Notes under the pieces: model-generated
What the model was told of the DNA's origin: nothing
Seen by the model: the letters and a program-made list of their open reading frames with translations, nothing else
Databases searched by the model: none
Translations under genes and position numbers: made by a program
Source of the DNA: a virus
Reading direction: 5' to 3' (one strand)
DNA length: 64,000 bases
Virus record (IMG/VR): IMGVR_UViG_3300009157_000016
Coordinates: 44,378 to 108,377 of that record
Shown: piece by piece, positions 63,756-64,000 of the stretch
How the letters are laid out: every line of letters begins with the position of its first letter
How positions within the stretch are numbered: the stretch's first letter is position 1

Positions 63756-64000
63756 AACGTTCCCTAGGCACGATTCGAAACCGTGCCTAGGGAAACGCCG
63801 TAGCTTTACCGGCCGAGTGCGCCCAAGCGAGGCGGGGCGTATGATTCCGCCTTGCCTGACCGCCAGCCGAAGGAAGACCAGCGTTCACCCATCGGGACGC
63901 CCTTCGTGCTGTTCGTCATCAAGGTCACGCTGCGCTCCGTGCTCAGCTCCCGGTCATTGCACATGATGGTGACATCCTCTTGTGTGCAAGGCCAGCATTG

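Overview
A 64 kb segment of a large, GC-rich tailed dsDNA phage genome. The host is probably an alphaproteobacterium (inferred from an XRE regulator with the ITFQQIQKYEKGTNR signature and a GcrA-like HTH). Most genes lie on the minus strand. 1-25 kb is a replication/recombination block: SbcC/SbcD-like pair, DUF1643, resolvase, RecA/UvsX, gp32-like SSB, UvsY-like protein, DnaX-like clamp loader, UDG-fused family A polymerase, DnaN-like clamp, DNA MTase between two HNH genes, sigma-like factor, primase, SNF2 and DnaB helicases. Two plus-strand structural islands carry tail-fibre genes (25.2-30.9 kb) and TerS-TerL-portal (45.4-49.6 kb). The rest includes a ThyX-like gene, endolysin, TerB, RNase H, a MoxR/vWA pair and many small unknown ORFs. 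No tRNA, rRNA, CRISPR array, integrase or reverse transcriptase was seen. Main unexplained signals: (1) a short peptide motif, basic-R-V-[RK]-L followed by D/E or the C-terminus, at or near the ends of 12 unrelated proteins; (2) an SSB with long Arg/Asp mixed-charge tails, plus two paralogous wHTH-like proteins with different disordered tails, possibly a phage compartment or docking system; (3) a structured minus-strand RNA at 57.6-58.0 kb whose loops (CCUGCUG) are complementary to a CACAGCAGG leader upstream of several genes, embedded in a family of RNase III-like hairpins; (4) a candidate GTATA[GT] promoter element. All protein calls come from motif recognition by eye; no searches were run.
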